The translations under genes were made by a program, and so were the position numbers. The notes under the pieces were generated by a model that ran no database searches, was not told the DNA's origin, and saw nothing but the letters and a program-made list of their open reading frames with translations. This document shows, piece after piece, positions 1-10,956 of a stretch of DNA of 64,000 nucleotides. The stretch is from Felis catus (lineage: Eukaryota): assembly GCF_018350175.1 (NCBI RefSeq), contig NC_058383.1:18912001-18976000 (forward strand), in the 5' to 3' direction. The first letter of the stretch is position 1; each line of letters opens with the position of its first letter.

Positions 1-520
1 GCCAGGTGTCTCCCTTCTGAGTTATTTCAATGTGAAATGCCTGTCTTTTCATTTCCCTTCACCATCATCTGGGAGATTCCCTTTACCTTCAAAATTTTGG
101 GGCCCTTGTAAATCTGAAATAATCTTTATCCTACTCTCACTTTATGGACAGTTTGGCTAGGTATAGAATTCCAGGATGACAATCATTTTCTTTCATACTT
201 TTGAAAACAGCTCCACTGTCTTCTGGTTTTCCGAATGGCTGTTGAGAAGTCTGATGTGATTTCGATTCTGGATCCTTTGTAGAATCTTGTAGAATATTTT
301 TCTTGTTCCTATATTTTAAAATTTACTGGTGACTGGCCTTCGTGTGGGTCTGTTTTTATCCTGTGATTGGACACAGTGGACACTTTCTACCTGGAAATTC
401 AGGTCTTTCCATTCTGAGAAATATTGGAAATATTTCATTATTTCCTGTCTTCTCTTTCTGGGACTCTCTTATTCAGGTGTGAGATTCTTGCACTGGTCCT
501 CTTATTTTCTTACTCCTTCT
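1..520 (-). mobile_element. Old L1 (L1M-type) fragment, antisense
   Basis: T-rich degenerate L1M-like text (ttggctaggtatagaattccagg, gctgttgagaagtctgatg); similar sequence resumes at about 1630-1950. Confidence 0.6.
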
Positions 521-529
521 TTCCTATTT

Positions 530-935
530 TTCACACAGTGGCAGCCCCAGAGGTGCCCTGCTGGGTTCTCCCTTCCAGAAGAACTTGTCACTCAGCTGTG
601 AGGAATGCAGGTGGCTGACAGCCTCCAACCACAGGACCTTTGAGATCAGTCACAGCCTCTGAGCTAAGACCAAGGTCTTCTTGGGCAGCCTTAGCCAGCG
701 ACTGAGCTCAGCAGACACCAAGGTCTGGCCATTTCTGCCATCTGAGGGGTCCCTCGGATGGACAGTCTTTGTTTTGGGAGCCCCTCCTGGGTTGGCCAAG
801 AGTTTGTTTGGGTCTGCATCCAAGTCAGGTGCTCTCTGCTTAGATCTGTTTCCATCTAGCATTCAATTCACAGGTGTCAGATCTATAGCACGGTTTGAAG
901 ATTCTCCCTACTTCATCCTGCTTCCTCTTCCTTAA
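530..935 (+). mobile_element. ERVL LTR (LTR16-like)
   Basis: Motifs gctgacagcctcca, gggcagcc..gactgagc, ctggccatttctgcc and gggttggccaagagtttgt match my recollection of LTR16B. Confidence 0.55.
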
Positions 936-1080
936 TTTTCATGGGCATGAGCCATCGGACACTTCTTGCATTCCTAACCCTGTGTCACGACGTCTGTGAC
1001 TGGAGGATTCAAACCTACACATGTATCTTTACCCTTTTGCTCTACTTTTTGAAAAATTTCTTTAACTTTATCTTCTCATC

Positions 1081-1298
1081 CAGTGGTCAGCAAATTTTTT
1101 ATTCAGGGCCCAGTGGGAAATACTTGAGGCTTGTGGGCCATATGGTCTCTGTCGCAACTACTCAACTCTGCTTGTGTGAAAGCAGCCACAGGACATAGTA
1201 AATAAATGAGTGTGGCTATGTTCCACTAAAACTTCCTTCCTTCCTTCCTTCCTCCCTTCCTTCCTTCCTTCCTTCCTTCCTTTCCCTTTCTTTCTTTC

Positions 1299-1349
<51 letters not shown>

Positions 1350-1626
1350 CTTTCTTTCGAGAGACTGTGTGTGCACGCACACAGGTGGAGGAGGGGCAGA
1401 GGGAGAGAGAGACAGAATCTTAAGCAGGCTCTACACCCAGCACTGAGCCCTACTTGGAGCTTGACGTCGGGCTTGATCTCACAACCTTGGGATCATGACC
1501 TGAGCCAAAATTAAGAGTCAGATACTCAACCTACTGAGCCACCCAGGCACCCCGCCAATAAAACTTTATTCAAAAAACAGGTGACAGGCTGGATTTGGCC
1601 TGCAGGCCATAATTTGCTGACCCCTG
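1081..1626. mobile_element. MER58A hAT-Charlie DNA transposon interrupted by a SINE
   Basis: Terminal inverted repeats cagtggtcagcaaa ... tttgctgacccctg; internal tatggtctctgtcgcaactactcaactctgc. Confidence 0.85.
1233..1553 (-). mobile_element. Carnivore SINE (SINEC) with expanded (CTTC)n(CTTT)n tail
   Basis: Antisense head ...ctgagccacccaggcacccc; flanking ccactaaaact / ccaataaaact duplication. Confidence 0.9.
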
Positions 1627-2104
1627 TTCTAACTCTTTCAAATATGTTTTCCATTTCTGTACGATATTCTTAGTTTCTAGGTACTTTTTTTTATTTGTCT
1701 TGTTCATTCTCAGAGTGTTTTTTTCCTTTTAAGATAGCATCTAGTTTTTGTTTCATAGTTGCAATGTATTTTCCTAAATTTCCAAACATAATCATAATCA
1801 TTTTGTTTTTAGGCTTTCTGTCCCTTGTGTACTCTGTTTCCTCCAAATTCTGTTTTTCTGTTTGTTTTTGCTCTGCTTCTTATATTACAGGTTTTTCTCC
1901 AATGTTGACGGTCTGTGGTTACCTGCTCATACTTAAAAGATTTAAAAAGAGCCAATAGAATAGTGGCTGCCTCTGTGTGTGTGTTGGGGCAGGAATGGAT
2001 TGGGGCATGACGAAACTTGCAAAGGTGTTACCTTACATGGCAATGTTCTAGATCTCAATTGAGGTGTGGGTTACACAGGTGTACACATTTGTCAAAACTC
2101 ACTG

Positions 2105-2547
2105 AGAGGCACCTGGGTGGTTCAGTTGGTTAAGGGTCCAACTTCAGCACAGGTCACCATCTGTGGGTCATGGGTTCGAGCCTTGCATCGAGCTTTGTGC
2201 TGACAGCTCAGAGCATGGAGCCTGCTTTGGATTCTGTGTCTCCCTGTCTCTCTGCCCCTCCCCTGCTTGCATTCTGTCTCTCTCACTCTCAAAAATAAAA
2301 TAAACATTAAAAAAGACTCATTGGGACGCCTGGGCGGTTCAGTCGGTTGAGCATCCAACTTCGGCTCAGGTCGTGATCTCCCGGTTGGTGAGTTTGAGCC
2401 CACGTCGGGCTCTGTCAACACAGAGCCAGGAATCTGCTTCGGATTCTGTGTCTCCCTCTCTCTGCCCCTCCCCCACTTGTGCACGCACGCACGCGCGTGC
2501 TCTCTCTCTCTCTCTCTCTCTCAAAGATAGATAAACATAATAAAAAA
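2105..2547 (+). mobile_element. Two head-to-tail SINEC copies (about 2105-2314 and 2323-2547) inside an L1M 3' fragment
   Basis: Two tRNA-like heads, (CT)n segments and A-rich tails. Confidence 0.9.
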
Positions 2548-3483
2548 ACCCAACTCGTTGACCACTTAGGACTTTTACATTCCACCCTAACTATGTCTTG
2601 ATTACAGAATATAAAAATACAGTTTATAAAAGCAATCCGATGAGTATCCCTGTACGGGGGGCGGGGCTGGCTGACTTGGGGGTTCAATCTAGAGAATTCC
2701 GGTTGGGCTGTTTCACGGGGAGATCCCTGATGCCAACCTACAAAGTATTCTATTCTTGGCCCTTTAGACTCTAAGATAAGGGACAGAACTAATACAAAGA
2801 GAAAGAAAGCAACTTGGAGAAAACACAGACTATGCAGGGAGAAGGGACAGAGAACGAACAGGAAACGAAATAACAACACTAACAAAATACTCATCATTAA
2901 TGTATCCAGAGACTGAGGGACTGAACTCTGGCATGTCCTACCTGGAAAGGTGAGTCCTGACCTGGCAGTCATGGGAATCCAGAGCAGGAAGGAGCCTGGG
3001 GGTGATGGTGGGTAGGGGGCGGGGCTTCCTACAGTCAGGAGGTGGACTTCAAAAAATCCTTCTAGTTGGGGGCAGAACTGCCCCCTCATCATGCTGTGGC
3101 CTCCCGTTCAGAGACCCTGTGTTTTATCCTCTCTGGAGAATAAACCTCCAGCCTTTGTCAGGGCGGGGGAGGGGCGGCCGCCGGGCTGTGCCGGGTGGGA
3201 GAAGGAAATCTGAGAATTAAGGCCCTTCTTAACACCGATCCTCCTGTCTCAGGCCCTAGCTCTACTCCCATTTCCGGAGGGCACTTAGCCCACTAACGCT
3301 GGAGCCTTTGGGGGGTTTGTGGGGTTGGCTGGGGAGATTCTTGCCTTTCTCACTCCCAGAGTGGGGCTCGCTTCCGGTGCACGGTCATGAGGGTGCTAAA
3401 TCAGTTATCACAGGCTCATCTGCCTTCCAGAATTCTGTTGCTGTGGTCTCCTTTCCAATGTATCCGTTTTTGCTGATTGGTAC

Positions 3484-3982
3484 TGTAGTGGGCAGAATAA
3501 TGCTCCCCCGCCCCAATGTCTGTGTCCTAACCCCCAGACTCTGTATGTTACCTGGCCAAAAGGGGCTTTATAAGATGTGATTAAGGTTAAGGACCTTGGC
3601 ACGAAGGGAGGATCCTGGATTATTCAGGTGAGCCCAACCTAATCACATGAAGCAGGGGAAGCAGAAAACCTTTCTTTCCCGGCTGTGATCAGAGAAAGAG
3701 AAAGCGGGACCAGAGAGATGCTACCGGCTCGTGGGAGGGAGGGGGCCACAAGCCAGGGAGTCTAGGGCACCTCGGAAAAGACCGGGAGATGGCTTCTCTC
3801 CCCTCAAACTTTCAGGAAGTTCTTCCAGAAAGAGCTCCCTGGGACGGCCTTGTCAACACCTTGATTTTAGCCCAGCGGGACGTGTGCCGGGCTTCTGACA
3901 TACAGGATGAGATAGTAGATGTGTTTGGTCTTAAACAACCAAGTTCGTGGTGATTCGTTATGGCAGCAAACCCGGGACTAAT
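3484..3982 (+). mobile_element. MaLR LTR (MLT1D-like)
   Basis: tgtagtgggcagaataatg start; gatgtgattaaggttaaggacctt; caccttgattttagccca; ...ttatggcagc..actaata end. Confidence 0.85.
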
Positions 3983-3999
3983 AGGTGCACTTCGAAGAA

Positions 4000-5232
4000 T
4001 CCACTCACTTCCTTTCAGCGGGGTTTCGGAGAAGTTCGGTGTGCGTCTTCAAGCCGCCGTCTTACCCGGGTGTCTCCGCTCCCGCCAGCTTTTGTCTCCA
4101 CCCCTTCGTGAAACGTTCTTAGCGAAGTCACTTTCGACCTCCGTGTTGCTGAATTCTCATTCTCATTTTCCTTGACCGTTCGGCATTTTTGAGATGAGTT
4201 GCCCATTCTCACTCCTCCTTGAGATGCTCTTCTCTTGGCCACGGGGACCGCAGCACACGGCTACCAATGCCACCTTTCTGCTGATGTCTCTGACGGTCTG
4301 TCACCTGCCAAGAGTCTCCTCCTTCGAGCCCCAGACTTCCGGAATCAAGCCCTCACTTGACATCGTCCCTTGGGCAGCTCACGTGCTTCTCAAATTGAAA
4401 ACACCTGTGGCAGAGGTCTCACCACACCTCCCCTCCCTTGGGTCTTCCCATCATTCCCATGCATTTCTCCAACCCCAAAACCCCAGGTTCGTCCCACATC
4501 CCTTTCTTGCTTTCCCCACCAGCAAATCCCGTCTCCCGAATATATCTAGAAGCCGTCTGCTTCCCCATCTCCAAGGCCCGCCTTGGCCCAGGCCGCCGCC
4601 ACGGCCCCTCCGTCGTCACCATGACTTGCCCACTGGTACCCCGCGTCCACTCTGGCCCAGCTGCCATTGATTCTCTCCAGAGCTTCTTGAGAGATCGTTT
4701 AAAATGTCAATCGGATGATATGTCGTCCTCCACTTAAAAGCCTCTGGAGGTGTCCCAATCCTGTCCAGGATAAAATCCATTCCCTTACCACCGCCCACGC
4801 CTGTGTCATTTAGCCCGTTCCTCACCTCATGTCACTTCCCCCCCCCCCCCCCCCGCCCATTTGCTCCGCTTGAGCCACGCTGACCTGATATGTCCCCACG
4901 CTCCCCTACCTCTGGTCTGCCCCTGGGCCTTGGCGCGTCTGTTCTCCGGGCCTGGGATGCTCCTACCCCCACTCTGCCCGGCTACCTCTCATTCTTTAGC
5001 TCTCAGATGAAATGTCCCTACCTCCCCTGTTCACCTTATGCAAAGGGGGTATCTCCCCCCCGCCCCATCCCTCTGGTCATTTCCTTAACAGGGGGTTTGG
5101 ATCATAGTTGTGTGTCTGTTTAATCATGTCTTCTTTGGCTCCCCCATCGGATACAAGCAGGACGGGCACACAGATAGTATCTTCACCTTCCGATGTCTAG
5201 TGGAATTTGTGGAATGAATGAATGAATGAATG
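4000..5232 (+). mobile_element. L2 LINE 3' remnant
   Basis: Degenerate L2 3' motifs (cttgacatc..cttctcaaattga; ccacttaaaagcctc) ending in a (TGAA)n tail at about 5212-5230. Confidence 0.65.
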
Positions 5233-5701
5233 GTCGCCCCAACAGACACACCGCGCACCTGTTATACGCCAGGTGCTTCGACATATTTCAAATTTTTCAT
5301 CTCCACAGCCCTGTGAGGTTGTCACAGCTGGGCTACATATCCCAGGGGTTTTGTCTTGTCTTGTTTTGTTTTGTTGCAATTAGCTGTTCTGGCCAATAAG
5401 CGCGGGCCGAGGCAAAATAGGCCACTTCCGGCTTTGGCTCAGGAACCCTCACATGTGATTCCTGTTCTCTTTCTTCTCTGTCTGCCAGTGGTTGCAGGGG
5501 ATCCGGCGGTGGGTGCTGAAGCCCTGGGTGACAGCCGAGTGAGTCACAAGTTGGGAGAAGCCCGGGTCCCCGAAAGACTGAGGGGAGCACGGTCCCCACG
5601 ACACCCCGACCCCTCTGGAGCTTTGCATAGGCAGGAGCTGGGCTCTGTCATGTCCAGCCACTGCGATTTCCAGGCTTACTTGTTACAACGGCTAGCCTCA
5701 C

Positions 5702-5760
5702 CTTAATTAATACATCAAAGCGTCCCGTGGAGGTGGCTTTGAGGCTTTTGCTGACAACGC
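5702..5760 (-). other. Candidate 59-nt internal exon of the minus-strand gene
   Basis: Minus strand: attttctcag|GCGTTG...ATTAATTAAG|gtgag; non-repetitive sequence, but the polypyrimidine tract is short. Confidence 0.35.
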
Positions 5761-7688
5761 CTGAGAAAATCCAACTTTAATTTTACAGAGGCCCAAGGAG
5801 GGTTACAGAGAAGCAGGGAGGAGAGTCAGCAGGACCCAGGGCTGCTAAGTATGGCTGTGGCTATTGGGAGTGAATCCTGGTGCCTTCCAGGGGGCTGGAG
5901 GAGGGGTGAGGAGGGCAGGGGGGTAGGGGGGACACCCTCTCTAAGCCCCTAAGGTGACCCCACCAAACCTCACTGCCCACTGCCCCTCCTACAGTAGGAA
6001 AGAAATATTCCAGAGCCTTCCTCCCACTCACTCCAGCCCGCAGCCTGGGTGTCCACATCACTCAGTATTTTTAGCTTCACCACCTGGCACCTGTGGTCAC
6101 TGTCTGCCCAGCCTGGCGGTGTCCCCTCTCCGGGCCTTAAAGGGCCAGCACCCACCAGCTGGCAAGGAGACTGGCTTCTGCAAATGCTGTATCCCCAGGG
6201 CAGGAGACAGAGGGGAGTCCCCCGCGTTGGAGGGTGCCGACATTTGGAGGCGGGAGATGGGAGGAGGAAGGGACAGCAGGATCTCACTGGTGCCTGTCTG
6301 TGAGGCCTGTTTTATCTCCTTCTAGAGTTTCCCAAAGAGTGCTTTGCTCAAGTTGCTCCCCTGGGCCCTGGCCACAACACCACACCGGTCCCCTCTCAGA
6401 CCCGAGGCCGCCCAGTCTCCAGGGCGGGGCCCGGGAGTGTGTTTTTTAACCACCCACTCCGAGGACTCTGGTACCCTATGTCCTCATATCATCATTCGTC
6501 CGCCAAGCGTTCTGAGCCCCCACCATGAAAATAACGCTTCTCTCTGAAGTCCATTGCTGTGGGACTCACCTAGGGTCGCACTGAGTCTCCAGCTTGGGCC
6601 CTCCCCCTTGTTCATTCCACCACCTACGGATTAAGTCCTGGGCTCAGCAGTCAAGGCCCCTTGTGATCTGGCCCCCTGGACCCGGCCAGCCTCCTCTCCC
6701 CGATCCCCCTTCTTTCTCGGATGACTGAGCTCCTCCCGTTCCCACTGCCTGTGATGCCCTCTCCTCAACGTCACTCGGCACCTGGGGGAGGACCCCAGGG
6801 TCTCCTGGGGCCCCTGCAGGCAGAAGTGGTCCCCCTTCCCTTCTGACTCCCTGAGCACAGCGCACCCGCCCTCAGCAGGGCACCCATCATTCTGCCACGC
6901 TGATCTGTTTGCGCGTCTGTCTCCCCTAGCAGGCCGTGACCCCGCCAGGGCTGGGGCTGACTGATGGACTGACAGCCATGGCAGGGAGTATCTCCCATTC
7001 CACAGATGAGGAGACAGAGGCCACAGAAGGAAAATTATAGACTGGGGTCCAACAGAGAAATTCAGGGAGGAACCTGGTCCAGGCTGCAGGAGCCCCCACC
7101 CTCGCCCTCCTGAAAGGGGCCCGGAAGGGGCACCTGGGTCGACCCTCAGCCCGCCCTTCTCCCCACCCAGGGTAGTGCTGACTCAGGCAGCGATGGAGGC
7201 GTGGGCGGGCTGGGCCGGAGCAGAGGTGACCCCTGTGTCCCCTGCAGACTCTCCATCCATTCCCGGAGTCTGTGGTCACAGCTTGGGTAATGCACTTGGC
7301 TGGAGCCCGGGTTTCCCTGCAGGTGGGGGCGGGGAGAGCTGGCAAAAGGGACAATGGCCCTTGGGGCAGGAACCCTCACCGGGGCAGAGCGCACAACCCT
7401 TTTCCTACAGGTACATCGAACTTGCACCCACTCCCGCAAACATGTATGCACAGGCACAATCACACACACGCCCCCAAATGCCCAGTCACACAGCCACGCC
7501 AGCCTTCGTTCTCACCCCTTCGCCGGGCTCTCCCTTTTCCGCACACACGCACTCAAGCATATATGTGTATATATACACACACACACACACGCAGACATCT
7601 TCGCTTAGTAATTCAACAAAGACTGAATATTATCAGGTGTCAGTGCGTTGCAGGGAGGAAAGGTGGCTCTCAGCTCAGGGTGGGGCAG

Positions 7689-7725
7689 GGGCTTCCTGGA
7701 GGGCTTCCTGGAGGGCTTCCTGGAG
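7689..7725. repeat. 12-bp tandem triplication (gggcttcctgga)x3 in an L2-like remnant
   Basis: Direct reading. Confidence 0.8.
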
Positions 7726-8162
7726 GAGGAGGCATTGCCGCTGGGCCTGGACGGTGGGGAGCCCGGGAAAGGGAAGCCTGGGCAGTCTTCCCTGGGGGGG
7801 GTGACTCTAGGGGAGCAGAGCACAATGAGGTGGGTGCGGTCGGCCCAATCACACAGGCCTTGAACACCCCGCCAAACGCTGACTTCATCCTGTGGGAGTG
7901 GGGAGCCACGGAGGGCTCTGAGCAGGGAGTCAGGCCCGCAGCGGGAGAGGACAGGAAAGTCACTGCGGGGCCAGAGCGGGAGAGCCAGGGCGGAAGCTGT
8001 GGTGAGAACCAGGTGAGGACCTGTCTGGCTCAGGGAGGTGACAGAGGGTGGTAGGCAGTGGACAGACAGAGAGTCCAGAGCAGGTCTGCGGGGCCCTGGG
8101 GGGCCGAGCCCCTCGCCCTCGCCCTGTCTCTCCCCCCCACCCACCCCCGCCCCAGCACTGAC

Positions 8163-8437
8163 CTCTGCAGTGGGACCTCTTCCAGAAGCTCCTCCTCCTC
8201 CTCCTTGTGGAAGCACACGAAGCAAAAGGCTGGGACATCCTCGGTCCCACAGCCCAGGGGCCAGGCTGGCGGCAGCTCCAGGACGGGGCAGGGGTGGCTG
8301 CTGGTGGCCTCGGCAGCATCGTCCCCGGCCTGGGCAGGGGTGCCCGAGCCAGAGCGCTCCAGGGTCAGCAGCCGGTTGGCCTCGGGGCCCTGCGCCTGCC
8401 CACCTGCCACCTGTGCCTTTTCGCTCAGGTTACCCGT
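8163..8437 (-). CDS. Candidate coding part of exon 1, ACG-initiated: (M)GNLSEKAQVAGGQAQGPEANRLLTLERSGSGTPAQAGDDAAEATSSHPCPVLELPPAWPLGCGTEDVPAFCFVCFHKEEEEELLEEVPLQR
   Basis: Frame open from TAG 8491 to the donor with no ATG; GCG-ACG-G strong Kozak context at 8437; protein-like CxxC plus acidic run. Confidence 0.4.
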
Positions 8438-8539
8438 CGCCTCGGTGGGTGGCAGAGCCTGTGGCTCCGTCCGATGGGAACGCCCGTCCTACCCTGCAGG
8501 GCTGGGCCCGGCCAAGTGGCTTCCGGCCGGAGCCTGGGC

Positions 8540-8689
8540 TCAGAGGTGGCTTGCTGGGAGACAAAGGTCCGGCAGGGCCCCTCGCTGCCCCTCGCGGAGC
8601 CCTCGGCCCCCCGGCCGCCCGCTGTGCTGCCGCCTGTCAGAGCCGGGACCGGGAGGGCAGGCTGGCGGACGCCCTGTCCGTCTGTTCAT
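8540..8689 (-). CDS. 49-aa upstream ORF (MNRRTGRPPACPPG...PASHL*) in the putative 5' leader
   Basis: ATG 8689 in weak context to TGA 8542-8540; subset of listed ORF 8540..8824. Confidence 0.3.
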   Translation of the reverse strand: MNRRTGRPPACPPGPGSDRRQHSGRPGGRGLREGQRGALPDLCLPASHL

Positions 8690-8984
8690 CTGTCTGTCCA
8701 GACGTCTGCTCCTCCCTGTCCAGACGGCAGCAGAGGTGGCTTCCCTGAGAAAGTTTGTTCTTCCCTCCTGGGGTGGGTGGCGTGGGTGGCCTCCAGGACA
8801 GAGGATCGGGACCTGAGGCTCCAAGGGGGGTGAGGCCCGCGTGAGGCTGGCACGGCACCCACGCCGGCCCCGAGAAAAGTTCTGGCCCTCGGAGTCCTGG
8901 CTCTGGCTCCGGCTTCTGCCCGGAGCTCGCCTCCCTCCGCTGCCTGCTCCCTGCTCCCTCCGACTCCAGTGTCTGCTCTGGCTG

Positions 8985-9135
8985 TGGGTATTAATAGCTC
9001 CACATTCACGCTGAGAAGCCTGGAGGTTAACTCCTTCCCTGCCAGAGCTGGGGAGGCCGCCGGGGCGGGGCAGGCGTGGGGTGGGGGGGGGTGGAACAGA
9101 AAAAAAGGCGGCGCCTCAGTTCCGCCCCCACCTGA
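8985..9135 (-). promoter_or_regulatory. Core promoter: TATTAATA (TATA/MEF2-like) plus GC boxes
   Basis: Minus-strand GCTATTAATACC at 8998-8987, isolated in GC-rich DNA; GGGGCGGGG at about 9062; CCGCCCC at about 9122; more GC boxes at about 9460-9480. Confidence 0.6.
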
Positions 9136-9597
9136 GCCTGGCTCGCTTCTCTTCTCGGCAGGACCCTCTCAGATGCCACCACCTCCTGCCCACGAGTCTC
9201 GGTGCAGCACGGGGCCATCGGGATCTCGGTCAGCGTGCCTGGGCCACCTGCACCCTCCATACGCCCCTCCTCCGGGGACGGGGGGGGGGGACTGGGGGCT
9301 CCGGACAGCACCCCTGCGATGGACAGGGCTCTGAGCTGAAGGGAGTATCTCCGGGACTCCTCCGCTCACACATCCACCCCTCAAGCCACTGGATCCTCCC
9401 GCCCCATTCCCTGAACAGCCACCATCTCTGACTTTGGGTCCGGTTCTCTCACTGGCTTGGGGGGCGGGGCGGGGCGGGGAGGGGAGGCCCCCCCCAGTTG
9501 ACCGCATGCAGCTCCCACGGGACCCAGAGACCGATTCCCTGCACTCGTACGTCCTACGGAGGAGCATGGGAATAGGGTGGGAGTAGGGGAATCTGGG

Positions 9598-10260
9598 TCG
9601 CATTCGCTTGCTTGAAAAATGTTTCAAGCATCTGTGTGCCAGGCACTGTGCTGGGTGCTGGGGACCCAGCAGTGAAGAAGGCAGACACTGTTCCTGCCTT
9701 GGGGGGGGGGCTTGCATATGCCTGCCAGAGGCCAGTGGGCCACAGCCCATCTACGTGGAGCCGGTGTGTGGATTAGAACGAGGCAGGGGCAGCCGTCTAG
9801 CACCGGTGTGCGGTGCCCATCACAGGCTGGGTTTCAGCCCCACTCACCTTCTCTGCAACTTACAACCCACGGAACCATTCACAGCGGCCCCGGAAACATC
9901 AGGAAACAAAGGAGAAATAAATTTGGAGTGTGATCCGGGCTAGGAGAAAATACAACGGGGAGGTGTGGGAGACGCTGAAGACGGGGACTTGGTTTCGTAG
10001 GGTGTTCAGGGAAGACCTCCAGGAGAGGTGACATTGGAGCCTGGAGCTGTGACCAGCAGGAGGAAGAGGCAGCAGCAGCCAGAGATCTGGAGGGAGACCA
10101 CCCAGGGAGAGGGGTCAGCAGGTGCAAGTGCCCAGAGGCAGGAACTATCTCGGGGCTGGGTCTTAAGGAGTGAGCAGAGTTTTTCCGGGGGCTTCAGGAG
10201 CAGAGGGAGCAAAGGATAGGTAAGGGGGCATGGTGCCTGAGCAAGGCGGTCAGAGATGTA
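9598..10260 (-). mobile_element. L2 remnants (fragmented)
   Basis: agcatctgtgtgccaggcactgtgctgggtgctgggga; cagggaagacctccaggagaggtgacatt. Confidence 0.6.
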
Positions 10261-10609
10261 GCGGGTATTCATTGCAGGGCTTCCTCTCCCGGGGCTCTGC
10301 GGGTGGAGGATGGCGGGGAGAGGGGGGGGGAGCAGGAACCTGGGTCAGCTGAGGGGCTGAGGAGGTGGACGGGGGCGAAGAAGCTTGGAAGGAAACATCT
10401 ATATTTGTTGAACTGAATTCCACTGGCTGGAAGGACAAAGCTGTACTTTCTTGGCTACGAAAAGGTGGGGGCTGGGGACACAGCCCCCACACATCGTTGT
10501 TTAGGCTGTGCACACTGCACAGGGCATCCTGGCAGATGGTGAGTGGGGGCTGATATCCAGCCCTATCTTGCTCCGCCAAGCTTTGTCTCTTTAGCCCCGT
10601 GACAGCACG

Positions 10610-10611
<2 letters not shown>

Positions 10612-10644
<33 letters not shown>
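10612..10644. repeat. (GT)n microsatellite
   Basis: Direct reading. Confidence 0.95.
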
Positions 10645-10650
<6 letters not shown>

Positions 10651-10702
10651 GGGGGGGGAGGTCACCTTTTGCTAATTGGTCAGCCTGAAGAGTGCCTTCT
10701 AG

Positions 10703-10775
10703 TTTTTAATTTTTTAACTTTATTCCTGAGAGAGAGGGAGAGAGAGAGTTGAGCGAGCGCATAAAGCAGGGGAGG

Positions 10776-10826
<51 letters not shown>

Positions 10827-10956
10827 TCCCAAGCAGACTCTGCACGGTCAGTGCAGAACCCGACGTGGGGCTCGAACCCGCGAACTGGGAGATCATGACC
10901 TGAGCCGGAATCAATAGCTAGAAGCTGACTTAACTCACTGAGCCACCTAGGCGCCC
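10703..10956 (-). mobile_element. SINEC
   Basis: (AG)n segment and antisense head; target-site duplication gaagagtgccttct / gaagggtgccttct. Confidence 0.9.

Larger units (their letters stand above)
8163..8970 (-). other. Putative first exon (about 800 nt) of an unidentified minus-strand gene
   Basis: GC/CpG-enriched unique sequence between a TATA-like box (8996-8989) and a donor CTGCAGAG|GTCAGT (last exonic base 8163). Confidence 0.6.

Noticed and set aside
5702..5730. GRFDVLIK resemblance to the cytochrome b5 reductase FAD-binding strand
   Set aside because: The RxY(T/S)P motif that should precede it is absent and the match is too short
6570..6781. Minus-strand exon-like segment (tcctcccccag| ... 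CCCTAG|gtgagt)
   Set aside because: Much of it resembles an L2 remnant and the listed ORFs stop inside it; probably a chance splice-site pair, though not excluded as a non-coding exon
7175..8833. 200-260 aa plus-strand ORFs
   Set aside because: GC-rich and partly L2- or microsatellite-derived; promoter and splice signals point to the minus strand
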